Below are positions 1 through 11,830 of a DNA stretch of 64,000 nucleotides, piece after piece. Each line of letters starts with the position of its first letter. Positions within the stretch are counted from its first letter, which is position 1. The stretch is from Anthoceros angustus (lineage: Eukaryota; Plantae; Anthocerotophyta), in the NCBI GenBank assembly GCA_010909165.1, contig VJWM01000116.1:806001-870000 (forward strand). The letters run 5' to 3'. A program made the translations under genes and the position numbers. Under the pieces are notes generated by a model. It saw nothing but the letters and a program-made list of their open reading frames with translations, did not search any database and was not told the DNA's origin.

Positions 1-460
1 TGGCGAAAGGATATCGATCTTGATCTCCTTCCATCACCCAACCAGATCTCACGAGGCATGCCCTCCCGCCTTGTGCTTAGAGCTCGATGGATCCGCCTCC
101 GACTCCAATGTGGTGGGAAAGCGTAGCAACAAGGTGATTGTCTTGGAGATCTTGAGATAAAATGACGTTGAGCAGGTGTTCCTTGCTCAAATGGTCTCCA
201 ACTTGAATCGCCTTCAAGTTTGTGCAAGCCTCACGCACATTCTTCAACAACAATGCTCCTAGTTGGATCTCTTTTGCATCCTTTGTAGGGCCTATACAAC
301 TTGAGAAGTGGTAGGTGACTAAACACCTCCAAGATGTCTCTCGACTTTCTGCCGTGTATGCGTGAGGCATAAAAGCGATTGGCTAGTGTCGAGCCACTTC
401 TTGTTCGGCCGAGCATTCCCTAATACGGTGGCTGCAAGAGCCGCCGCTCTCTATGTACAC
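1..460 (-). mobile_element. Degenerate Ty1/copia gag-like fragment, running off the window start
   Basis: Minus-strand peptide ...TKDAKEI...NLKAIQVGDHLSKEHLLNVILSQDLQDNHLVATLS resembles the copia gag (UBN2) pattern. A weak PBS-Met-like TGGTATACCAGGGGC lies upstream at ~1025-1039 (-). Frameshifted. Confidence 0.35.
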
Positions 461-1403
461 TGCAGGTTGATGTTTTGACGCCTCTCCTTCAACTCTCCCG
501 GAAGGAGCATCCTCCCCTACTCTCCTTGGCGCTGCTGGAGGACGTGACTCCTCGTTTAACATCTGCTCCTGTCCACCTCCAGGATGTATCCCTGCCCTTC
601 TTCTTCCCACACCCTGGACACCAGCTTCACGTGAAGCACCTTCAGCTGTTAGTGCTTCCGCCTGCCGTTCGCGCTGACGACGTTTGGCTGCTGCCCATCG
701 ACTCCGTTGTTGGGAAGGTGACCGAGCCATAGCACCGTCCCAAAAACAGCCAAGGGTTTGCAGGCACCACCTCCAACGCCACGGCACTATCCACCGTATT
801 TGAAGCAGCACACCGCCCCCGCACTATCCACCAACCCAGCGCCGCGGACCTACTTGCAACTTGTAGCGCCGTCCGAACCTGATCCGCTCCTTCCACCACG
901 TCCTGCACATGTAGCCACAGCTTGTCACGATTACCAGCCCTGAGTTCAAGTTTGAGCTCACGGAGCTTGTCACGATTACCACCTAGCCTCTGAGTTCAAG
1001 ATGAGCTCTACTACCTAGGTCATTTGCCCCTGGTATACCACGTACTCGATCCACGCACACAATGATATTCTATGTTGATTATTAAACTCGGAGCATTTCG
1101 AAGGCAGCGCGTTGGCGGGCCCGTTCCTGGGCCACGAGTTCGTGAAATGAAGCGGCAAAAGGCCAGCTATGTGGGGACATTGTCCTTAAACCACCTGAAT
1201 TTTTTTAAAGCATATTTTAATATACCATTCTTTATTAAATTTTAATCCTAGATAAAAATAGACATGACTATAACATGTAAAAAAAATCAGATAAATTGGA
1301 AAAGAAATGAATTTTTCATAATTGTAAACATTGCGTGAGGACAAATTAAGAGCGTTTCAACCGTTTCTAACTAAAGTGAGCACCCAACCATGCTTATACC
1401 CCA

Positions 1404-1716
1404 TGATGACTTAGCTTATGTATATTTTACATGTCTCATCGTTTCATATTGCTCATTTGTTTCATGATGGCTTGTGTTATAAGTACTTTTACATATATGT
1501 CTCCAAGACGGCTAGGAATCAATGAGTGCTAGCACAACATTACATATGTAAGTTCAACTGCTTTCTTTTTTTATGTGAATAAATGGAGTATTTACATTCC
1601 ACTCATGGCCCCAAAGAAGCTTACAAGGCGGAAATAATAGGCTAGAAGTCTCAAGAGACCTAACAACAGGCTAGAAGTCTCGGGGACCTTACAATAGAAG
1701 TATCGTGGAACTTTAC
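1404..1716. repeat. ~310-bp dispersed repeat 'C', copy 1
   Basis: Near-identical to 13597-13908 (atgatgacttagcttatg...tatcgtggaactttac). Confidence 0.9.
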
Positions 1717-3142
1717 GGGGAGGGCGCCGGCCGGCACCCTCACTAGCCCGTATGCCCTACGGGTGCGTGGATAGGAGGGGTCTGGTGGTGCGCACAGAGG
1801 GAGGGCGCCGGTGCCCTCCCTCCACACGCACCTCGGTGGGCCCACGGTGGTGTTTGAGGCGGCGCCCGGCCGGCCCGCCAGGCGAGCATCACCTGCTTGC
1901 CCACCCCACGGGTGGCAGGAGGCGCCGGCCGGCCGGCGCCTCCCTCCATGCGCCACTTGTCGATGGGCGACGGTGGTGCGCGGCGGCCGGCCGGCGCCTC
2001 CCTGCACCACCGTCGGTGTAGGCGGGTGGAGCTAGGGAGGCGGCGGCGCCTCCCAAGATGCCTGCTCATGGGCGCCGGCCGGCCGGCGCCTCCCCAAAGA
2101 CACCGCCCATGGGCGCCGGCCGGCGCCTCCCCAAAGACACCGCCCATGGGCGCCGGCCGGCACCCTCCCCTAGCACACTGCCATGGGCCCACCCTCCCCT
2201 AGCACACTGCCATGGGCGCTGCCTACGCCTCCCCTAGCACACCGCCTACCCATGGGCGCCGGTCGGCCGGCGCCCTCCTCATAGGCTGTCTTTAAGAAAA
2301 TGAATATTTAGCGGCTCAATACATTTGCAACTTGGGACCATTCGTCAAGTGTTTGGGAGAAAGGTGTAGTAATGAATAGGTTCCATGTTCAAAACCCATG
2401 TCTTTGTGATAACTCAAATTTGTTGATTTTAAGGATGCTTGCATGGGCGCATGGGCAACTAACTTTGTTCATTTTAAGAACGCTGGCATTGCCTTAAAGC
2501 CCAAGTGGTTGCATTGAGTGCCGGAAGGTTGAAGACCACGACTGGCGACCTTATGGATGAGGTCGTGAGACCCTAGATGTTGTGTGGCGATCGACACGGA
2601 GCCTAAGAATGATACTATTGAAGACGAGCAAGCAATGGAGGAGAACGACAACTTTGAGGCGGATGATATGGACCGCCTCCGGAGTATGGCGGTGGTACTT
2701 GACTCAGTTTTGGCGCAAGGCATGGATGAGTCGCCAGGCCGCACTCTTCAATGGCTATTGTCGATGCTAATGACCACTTCCTCCTTTAGCAGTTGTTTGT
2801 TGCAATGTTCTCACGACCACCGAAACGAGACTCCGCTAGTACATGATTGTTTTCATTGTGTTCCACCACTTGAAAGTAAAAGTTTTCGGTTGTAATAAAC
2901 ATATGAAAATAGCAGCCCTCTATGCATTCTACTAAAGCATAACGGGCCCACACCCTCATGCTCCAGTTCGGGTGTAGACTTGAAAGTGCATCTTTTATCA
3001 AAGGTATGACCTCAGAAAGGGTGTGCGCATTATCAAAGTAGGGCAGATATGCTGTTCTAGGAAAGGTATTCTTCGTGACAAGGGGGTGCTGTCTCGACCG
3101 AAGGAGGTTACTATATTCCTCCCCTTCAAAAATTATCATGTT
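1717..3142. mobile_element. Partial copy of TIR element 'A' (GC-rich core, right arm and right TIR)
   Basis: 2290-3142 matches 10972-11830 and ends in CCCCTTCAAAAATTATCATGTT, the same end as 11830 and the reverse complement of 10047-10069. The core 1717-2280 holds GGCGCCGGCCGGCCGGCGCC palindromes. No left TIR found. Confidence 0.75.
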
Positions 3143-4161
3143 AACAGCAATACCTCAAGATCGGTTCTTCTCCCCACTACAACGTGAGCTTGGTTTGCCA
3201 CAATACTCTAGTAGCCTCTCGGCTCAACAAACAGCTAAGCTTCAGCAGACATCTGCAAAAATAAATTGAGCACCACGAACTCTCAATAGTATCGCACTTC
3301 CCTACAAAGTGAAAAAGAGCCTTTGAAGAAGAACCTTCTTCCTATTTAGAATTCTTGCATGTTATCATTTCTGCACAAGCGTGAACATGCCATGGCACTA
3401 TCTAATTAACCATCCTCCCCACAAAGAAACTCTTCCTGTATGTCTAAAACTACTAAGCTTCTACCAAGTTCCTACTACCGATGCCTTAAATGTGTAGGTA
3501 GATAAAGTGAGGATTAAGAATAGTAAATCCTAGGTAGGAAATCCTACGATTACTTCCGACACACTTGTCCTATAATGCGACCGATCTTTTTCCTGTAGAT
3601 AACTCAATTTTGCAGCCCATAAACTCCAATCTATCGTAGTTGCACACTCTATCTACGTTAGAATTCCTTGCAAAGTTCGGAAAGGCCTATGAAACTATTC
3701 TCGAGGCAAGAAACCAGATTCAATTGATCAAAATAGATTAGTTTACCGATATAATAAACTAGTTTTGATCTATTTGATGCTAACCTTTTTTTTAGCAGAT
3801 TAGTTTACCGATACCATAAAGTAGTTTTGATTTATTTGATGCTAAATTTTTTTTCAGCATAAATCTACCAATTTATCATATTTCTTGCGATTGTTTTCCA
3901 AAGATGTAACAACCGGTGAAAGAAGAATGAGGTTAACTCTACGTACATTAATAAAGAGTTGACTACCGAACAAAAAAAAACCCTCAATCTAATTTTCATG
4001 TCATGTATTATGCCCCTAAAAATTTGACATATAATGTCTTAGGCTATATCACATTGGCCTACATTGTTAACAGCTCTTTTACATCCAAGTTTTTTTAATG
4101 CATAGGCCTTTCTTTATCATAAGAGATTTTTTACATATATTTTATCGTAAAAATTGCTATT

Positions 4162-5421
4162 TCAATTTTGGGAAGTGTAGCTCGAATTTGCTACAGTAAT
4201 TGGAGCTTTAAGGAATTCTGTTATATTTTTGAAAGTGAACCTTGGTGCAGTAAATCCTTTCCCTGTCCACATGTGGTCAGCTATAATTTTATTCAATTTC
4301 TGGCTCGGGTGAACACGATCCCACCAGACAAAATCTTGGGTGTCGTCGCAAGCCATATTCACATTTGAGCATGGAAGCTCTCCTCCATATTTTCCTCCAC
4401 CACAACAAGCTGCATTTTGTGTAAATCCGTACTCTTGAGGATTTAAAGAAACGTTTCGAGTTATGTTAAAAACAAACGCAAAGAAAATTTGGCCATGATG
4501 CAATCTGGTTTGTTGTTGATTCCCACTTTTTTCGGTACTATTATGCATCCCTAATCTCTTAAACGGATGACATTTCTTCGAATTCTGAGACTTATTCTTC
4601 CCTCCATAAAATAAATTACATAACCTAATTCTCAATTGGTTATTATAGAGATGAATACCCTTATTGACACCTTTAATACAATGACTGTTGCTACTGTTGT
4701 ATAATTGCATAATATTTGGTGCACATCCAAGTGGTTGAACTTCTGTGACTACAAATCTGCGAGCTCCTTGTTGATACAAAGAAGTAATTCGGTTTGCCAC
4801 ACTATCAACCTCATTATTGATAAATTCATCTCTTGATGTTGACTGATGATTGTGTAGTGCATAATCGATCCAGTCATCAGTTCCTATCGATATATAAAAT
4901 ATAGATTGACCCAAAAACTCTGCGACTGCATGTGCTGATCCTCCAAGATAATTTGTTAAATCTTTTATAGTACTTCTTCGGAATAATTTTATTTGATCTG
5001 GAAAGTGTAAGCTTTCATCGTCGTCAGTCCCTATATCTAGAGGTATTACTGCTTTTGCTCCAGCAGATCCAAAATTAATGCCAGGTCCTAAGGCATTATT
5101 ATCTGCACGATCACTATATGCTGAAGGATATCCATTAAGCCCAAGGTAATTTGTTAGATAATCTATTGACAACCGTCCATCACAAAATCTACCTGTTGCT
5201 GTGTGAGTATCAAAATTCTCTCCGTAAGGGGCAAAGTTTGCTTTGTTTGATGTATTTCGAAAATTATTGTTGCCAACATCCACAGTTGAATCTCCAAAAA
5301 TAAATGTGGAAGTGATATTATAAGCCATTGTAGGTTTGCCAAAAAATACATCTATAGAATATAATATCAAAAATAATATAATGAGCCACCTGTTTTTTTC
5401 AAAGTACGTATGTTTCATCAT
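4162..5421 (-). CDS. GDSL-type (SGNH) esterase/lipase, intronless, with N-terminal hydrophobic signal/anchor, ~419 aa
   Basis: Motifs FIFGDSTVDVGNN, TGRFCDGR, GINFGSAGA, ISIGTDDW, PLGCAP, ACCG, WWDRVHPS. First ATG at 5421 (the ORF track starts at an upstream TTG). Hydrophobic stretch RWLIILFLILYSI. Confidence 0.93.
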   Translation of the reverse strand: MMKHTYFEKNRWLIILFLILYSIDVFFGKPTMAYNITSTFIFGDSTVDVGNNNFRNTSNKANFAPYGENFDTHTATGRFCDGRLSIDYLTNYLGLNGYPSAYSDRADNNALGPGINFGSAGAKAVIPLDIGTDDDESLHFPDQIKLFRRSTIKDLTNYLGGSAHAVAEFLGQSIFYISIGTDDWIDYALHNHQSTSRDEFINNEVDSVANRITSLYQQGARRFVVTEVQPLGCAPNIMQLYNSSNSHCIKGVNKGIHLYNNQLRIRLCNLFYGGKNKSQNSKKCHPFKRLGMHNSTEKSGNQQQTRLHHGQIFFAFVFNITRNVSLNPQEYGFTQNAACCGGGKYGGELPCSNVNMACDDTQDFVWWDRVHPSQKLNKIIADHMWTGKGFTAPRFTFKNITEFLKAPITVANSSYTSQN

Positions 5422-5859
5422 CTTCAAAGCAAGCAGCACAAGCTTACCCAACCTTCTTGAAAAGTGAATAACTTCCTCCTAAGCGTGTGTACACAAAAGA
5501 AATAACTGATAGAGTAATCCAATAAAATAATTTTGAGACTGAAACTCGTGAAACTTTTGTGTTCTACAAACACCTCAAAACTTTTATGTTCCACGAACAC
5601 CTCAAAGCTCTTCTATTCTATGAACACCTCCGGTACCCAACAACCATTCTAAGATACGCGATTTAGACACATCTTAGAAAACTTGCTTTGATATCATGTT
5701 AGAATAATGAGCATGTGCAAAACAAACTTAGGCATTATGATAGGACCTTTACAACAAGAGGTATGAGCATCGGGCAAGATGTAGTAAAGTACATGCACGA
5801 TAAAAAATTAAAGTCTAGCTCTAGAGCCCTTATATTGGGAAATTCGAACAGACCTGCTT

Positions 5860-5972
5860 ATTGAGAAAGCCTTCCTAACATAGTACCATACTTTATACCA
5901 TTAATCCCTATAAAGCATTGAGAAAGCCTTCCTAACATAGTACCATACTTTATACCATTAATCCCTATAAAG
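5860..5972. repeat. Tandem duplication of a ~58-bp unit
   Basis: attgagaaagccttcctaacatagtaccatactttataccattaatccctataaag occurs twice in a row. Confidence 0.85.
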
Positions 5973-6506
5973 TATTATGATCCAACACCAGTAAACCCTA
6001 AGATACTTTAAATATTATATGATCGTCTCCCTCGCCGCACCCCCTGCCCCTCCCCCCTTCAACCTAGCACTCATTTTTAACAATAAATGTTAAGAAGAGA
6101 TGGCCATAAGCGGCATTGAAAAAACCTTCATAATAGTAAAAGCATGATAATTACCTATCATAATGGGAAAACCCATGTCTAAGAGGTTTTAATAGCAATA
6201 TCTATAAACCTTCATCATCCTTCTTTGCATCCCCTCTTTCGCCACCCATAACACAAGCAATCCGCACAGTCTCACTACACTTGATAATGATTTCTTCACT
6301 TCTTTGGCATCTGTGCCGTCGTACTCATCGTGCTTTAGATTTCTAAATTTCTCGCAAATTTGCCATTACACCTTCAATTGCCGCAAGCTCTACGAGCTCG
6401 GAGTCCGACTCCAAGATATCGATCAAATGTTTGATGACATGGTGGGCAGCTTCCAGCAAAGGGACCCTCTATATGCGCAAAATGCCCATATCCAAGTATC
6501 CAACAG

Positions 6507-8036
6507 AAGAAAAAAAAAGAAGAATTTTATTTATTTCCACTACGGACGGATTTCCGTCATAGGACTACATAGCAGCTACATAGATTGTGGTTAAATGGTC
6601 TGGATGAATGCAAAGGTAAAAGTCAAATAAGACAAATAATCTTCAATCAATCAACAGTGTCATTAAAAATGCGTGAACGAGGGCTAAACACCACCAATTC
6701 ATCCCCACAAAAGAAAGCCACTTGACCTGCAGTACGAGCAGCTCTGAAAGCGGGTAACTTCACCTTTTTAGTGTTCCATTGCAATGGTGTATAGATCCTC
6801 ATTGATATATAAAAGAGTTGTCCGTAACATAGACCCTAGCCTTTATAACCTGGAGGCGATCATCTATAGAGTGATAAGTCATAATCAATATGCGCTCTCT
6901 ACCAGGATCCTTTCCAAGCTAGAAGGCTCAAGGAACAACCACATCGACCTCTAGCCTATTGAAAACTCTTTTGCAGCCACAAGTGTTGCAACAATGTCAT
7001 TACCAAGATTAGAAATTCTCAAGTTCAAAGCACGACGAGCATTGTCCGATATTGTGTTGCTACCAAGATAATAAGGAATAGGGGGATCATTAACCCCAAA
7101 GAGGTTTTTACCAATAAACTTCTCCAAATATGTAGGTAAAACTTGTTCCGTTGAAGTGAAATGATTTTCCAAATTTATGACTTTCTCCTCTATGGTTCGT
7201 GGAAAAACTTCATTTTGTAACCCTTGCTCCACCAACCTTTTCGAGAGTCTTCCAACCTGATCGTCCAAACCCTGCAACTTTTTGGCCACATAACTATGCA
7301 TTTCTTACCTGTGTGCATAAATGAGCTCAAGAATAACCTTCTTGTAGTCTTCCAAACTAGGTACCATATCGGTCTTCGACAAGCAACCCACATAAGGAAC
7401 AGGAATTTGCAAGGCATTGACCTTCAAAAGCAATGAATCAGACTTGACCTGGAAAGATACCTCAAAATATTTAGCCCATGAGCTTGCCAAATTAATATAT
7501 GTTGCAATTTCCTAATGATAACATCCTAGGAGCCTACCAAATCTCTTATCTATAAGATCATCCATTACGGAATTGACCTCATCCTCCTCGTCCTCCTAGC
7601 CCTCCTCATCCCCTCGTCCTCCGAGTCCCATGCCAAAGATTGGTGAATACATATACCATGTTGTCTTCATATTTATCCTCAATACTCCGTAATCTAGTCT
7701 CCAATATTGATACCGTGTTATCTACATATTTAAATGTTTTACGCTTAATGACAATAGAAGTCATAACCTCCAAAAATCAACAAAAATAAAATGACCGTGA
7801 CCTCCTCCATACCACCCACTACAGCCGCCGCACCAAAAATCCTAAATCATGTCCTTACCGCAACCTCCTCCATCTCATGCCCACCGCGATATCAACCCCA
7901 ACATCCCATGCTCAGCTCGACAGAGCCACAGACGCCCCACCACAAAGCAAGTCCTCAACCCCTGGGACAGGCCCCACCGCAGACCGCACCGCGCACCCAA
8001 GGCCACTGCACTCGAATGGAATGTTGGAATCGACGA
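6507..8036 (-). mobile_element. Full-length ORF1-only non-autonomous LINE (HAL1-like), degenerate
   Basis: GC-rich 5' end; coiled-coil followed by LINE ORF1 RRM/CTD motifs (LNLRISNL...LGKDPGRERILIMT...LYINED...AART-GQVAF). About 120 nt after the ORF comes GACGGAAATCCGTC hairpin + AATAAA + (TTC)n. 7-bp direct repeat CCAACAG at 6500-6506 and 8037-8043. No reverse transcriptase (RT). Confidence 0.75.
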
Positions 8037-8829
8037 CCAACAGCTTAGGTGCATATGGGCATGTTATGGATGACCATTAACAAATGAAATAAAGCTTGCA
8101 ATCAAATTTCTTTTGAGAAAATTCTATGGTAAATTTATGTTCTATACAATTGAACACAACTGGCACCATCCCACGACTAAAGTTAAAAGCTGCCCAAGAT
8201 TGCAAACTTATGACCCTTCGCCAAGTCTGGACAAGCTCCCAGCCTCTCATGATGAGGCTCCTCGCTTTGAATGCGCTCACCTCACAGCTTCAACATTCTA
8301 TCTTCTGTCTCGCTTCATAATTCCTGGCAGGGTTAAAAAAGGCCTCATTAATCTATTATCCGCACCAAAAATTTAACATGTGACGTCTTAGGCTATGTCA
8401 CATTAGCCTCCAATATTGTTAACAACTCTTTTTTGATTCCAAGTTTTCCAAAGTGACAAAGCCTAATGTGACATTTTAGGCTATGTTACATTGGCTTGCA
8501 TTGTTAACAACTCTTTTCGGCCCCAGCCAGAAAAGATTAGGCTAGGGTAATCAGGAGGATATTTCTTTGGTTCTTAAATATGTAGTATTTTTTAAAGATC
8601 TAATCTAAAAGAATATTACACATAAAACGAATCAATGTACCTTTAACAGTCTGTTCCAACAACAGAAGTTAATAGCTTGTGTTTCGTCATTATCTTTTAT
8701 CTTATCTTTTCATGGGAATGGATTGTTCTATTTGAATATGAAGCCTTCACCAAAATAAGAAGCACACAAATATAGGAACAATAACACACTATGGTGTACC
8801 AAACCGGATAGAGAGGACATTTGCATATT

Positions 8830-9200
8830 TGGGATCCGGATAGGTCGGGCTTGTGTAAGCAAGCATCGCGCTTGATAATAGAGACACACTTCAGGGCGTG
8901 CTAGGAAGCAAGGTCGAAGGCTTCATTTTCAACATCCATGCGCAAATTTGTTTACGGCTAATTGGGGCAATTTCCTACATGTGACACTAAGTGATCAGGG
9001 TAAGCCTTGAGTGCATCGCCACGCCAGATTTGTAGTGCATAGCCCGTGAAAATCCCTATGTAGGTATCTTGTTGGAATCATGGGCAAAATGGCGAGAGCA
9101 TCGTCGAGGTGGTGTATGTGGTGCACCTCCACGTACCAAGTCCCATGATAAGAAAATTCCATCCAAGTGGACTATAATAGACTTCTTCTTCTTTTTCTTC
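8830..9200 (+). mobile_element. 3' remnant of a non-LTR retroelement with the shared aagtcccatga...gact...(TTC)n tail
   Basis: Ends gtaccaagtcccatgataagaaaattccatccaagtggactataatagacttcttcttct. Upstream has a weak H-x-L-x-IET-like motif. The 5' boundary is uncertain. Confidence 0.5.
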
Positions 9201-9664
9201 TACCACTTTGACTCAGAGCGAACAAGCCTCAACATTATAGAAAACGAAGGTCCCATTTTGCAAAAAAAGTGTATACCATGCGGTTTATAAAAACGAAAAA
9301 GGGGTCTATCCTCTTTTGGTACACCATCACATAGACATATAGAAAAAGATATATTTATTAAATCTTTCTTATTTTAGAGATAATTAAAATTTAAAAAACT
9401 AAAATACTTTGTACGTGTACGAAAATATTCAAATTGTGTTGTACCAAAGTAGAAAAAGCTTCTAAACCAAAAATCTCCCATCCGTTATAGATATTTGGGA
9501 TACTCGGTACCCTTGTTTCGCGATCCCTAGTTATAGGAGGAAGAGACATACTTTTTACTACATACAAACTAGATATATAATGATAAAATAAAATTAAAAG
9601 TTATACATTAGATTTAAAAAATCAAGTTACAATAGAGCTCTTTATTGACTCACTAGCAAATTAT

Positions 9665-10046
9665 TGTAAGATTTTATTGAGGTGAAAAAACGATGGGAAA
9701 AGCCCATCCAGGAGGGGACAACCAAAGGGGACCAGGGGGTCGAGATGAAAGAGAGCAACTGAGCTCCCTACCTAAAGTCACCTACTGCACCCACAATGTC
9801 ATTGCAGGAAGAATAAACGGCCTGCAAACCACGGAGGTAGAGGAAGATCGTCACCTCATCGCCTTGTGGAGGATCGTAGATTGAGCGCCGTTGAAGGGCA
9901 ATTGAAACCCGTTGTCGGAAGTATCTTGTATGTCGAGAGGACAGCCGCATCGTCGCATGTAGCTTTGGCACAGGACTTGACAAATTTGTCAAAGTCCTCA
10001 GCCATTGCCCCATACGTTTCTAGTGCAAGTGGAAAAAAGCGCATGA
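9665..10046 (-). mobile_element. 3' end of a CRE-like (RLE) non-LTR retrotransposon
   Basis: FFPLALETYGAMAEDFDKF...YFRQRVSIALQR, the C-terminal RLE motif. The 3' end ttcccatcgtttt is shared with the 51.7 kb copy. Confidence 0.8.
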
Positions 10047-11830
10047 AACATGATAATTTTTGAAGGGGGTGAATAATCTCGAAGGGTTTTCCAAATAATC
10101 TACGAAGGGGTTTTGATGGGCCCTAAAGCAGCGTTTGAAGGCATTCAAAAACTCGAAAAAAGGTGTCACCCGATAAAGTTACTACTTTCCATCCAAAGAA
10201 TGTTTGTGTCGAATGGTGGTCGCAACTCGAACCTAGGGAATAATGCAAAGTAGGAGCGGTGAGGAAGGTCGTTCTGGGAAGGGACGATCAGAACTCAATT
10301 TTGGGAGGAAAATGTGGTTTTGGTATGACACCACAAAAGCCACAGACGAGGTATTTCCTAACACAATAACATCACAACGGACTTACAACATTAACTCGGG
10401 ACCGGGAAAAACAGATTTCGGTTCACTCATCCCAGTTCAATCCTTCGTCATCACTTGGTCCGACTTCTCTGCATTGTCATCACTATCTTTAGCGGCACTT
10501 TGACTCGCGGTTGTATGAAGCCACGCAACTCATGAGCTTATCCCTTATCGCTTTTTGTCCATACGGATGTTTCGGAGGAGTACCCTCTACACTCTACGAC
10601 CCGGATCTTGGCTCGATTTGGCATTTGCTTCTAAGGTTAGCCTTCATTCCAAGGTTGCTTCTAAGGTTAGCCCTCGAATTTTCGATGGAAGTGCCACGTA
10701 CGAAGTGCGTGGAAGGGAGGCCACAATGGGCATGCGGAGGGCGCCGGGCGCCCTCCCTCCGCGCACCACCCGTCGGGCACTCTGGTGGTGGTGCAGGAGG
10801 AGGGGCGGTGGCGCCTCCCTGATCGGTGGGCCTACGGGTGGTGAGGCGGGCGGCCGGCGCGCGCCGCGCGCACCACCCGTTTGCCCACCCTCACGGTGGA
10901 GCGGCCCGGCCGCCCTCCACCCGTTTGCCCACCCTACGGGTGGTTCGCGTAGGCGCGGCCTGCCTCATCATCTTTAAGAAAATGAATATTTAGCGGCTCA
11001 ATTCATTTGCAACTTGGGACCATTGGTCAAGTGTTTGGGAATTGGTGTCAAGTGTTTGGGAATTGGTGTAGTAATGAATAGGTTCCATGTTCAAAACCCA
11101 TGTCTTTGTGATAACTCAAATTTGTTGATTTTAAGGATGCTTGCATGGGCGCATGGGCAACTAACTTTGTTCATTTTAAGGACACGGCATTGCCTTAAAG
11201 CCCAAGTGGTTGCATTGAGTGCGGAAGGTTGAAGACCACGATCGGCGACCTTGTGGATGAGGTCGGACCCTAGATGTTGTGTGGCGGTCGACAGGTCGAG
11301 CAGGCCAAGAATGATACTATTGAAGACGAGCAAGCAATGGAGGAGAGCGACAACTTTGAGGCGGACGATATGGACCGCCTCGAATATGGCGATGGTACTT
11401 GACTCGGTTTGGCGCAAGGCATGGATGAGTCGCCGCCGCACTCTTCAATGGCTATTGTCGATCTTGATGACCACTTCCTCCTTTAGCGATTGTTTGTTGC
11501 AATGTTCTCACGACCCAAAGAGACTCCGCTAGTACATGATTGTTTTCATTGTGTTCCACCACTTGAAAGTAAAAGTTTTCGGTTGTAATAAACATATGAA
11601 AATAGCAGCCCTCTATGCATTCTACTAAAGCATAAGCGGGCCCACACCCTCATGCTCCGGTTCTCGGTGTAGACTTGAAAGTGCATCTTTTATCAAAGGT
11701 ATGACCTCGAGAAAGGGTGTGCGCATTATCAAAGTAGGGCGAGATATGTTCTAGGAAAGGTGTTCTTCGTGACAAGGGTCTTGTCTCGGCCAGAAGGGGT
11801 TACTATATTCCCCTTCAAAATTATCATGTT
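10047..11830. mobile_element. Non-autonomous TIR DNA element 'A' (~1.78 kb), superfamily unassigned
   Basis: TIRs AACATGATAATTTTTGAAGGGG (10047) and CCCCTTCAAAATTATCATGTT (ending 11830). GC-rich centre 10720-10965. No transposase recognised and no clean TSD. Confidence 0.75.

Noticed and set aside
1660-2202. Overlapping Arg/Gly/Pro-rich ORFs
   Set aside because: Produced by GC-rich palindromic repeats that lack stop codons.
2786-3139. IEGCYFH as a MULE transposase motif
   Set aside because: A single short motif with no DDE context, starting inside the TIR and broken in the other copies.
4162-8036. GDSL gene as the esterase domain of the neighbouring LINE ORF1
   Set aside because: It is a plant-type secreted GDSL and lies over 1 kb outside the element's tail and TSD.
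3560-9660. Helitron carrying the GDSL gene
   Set aside because: No clear 5' TC or 3' hairpin-CTRR terminus and no Rep/helicase remnant.
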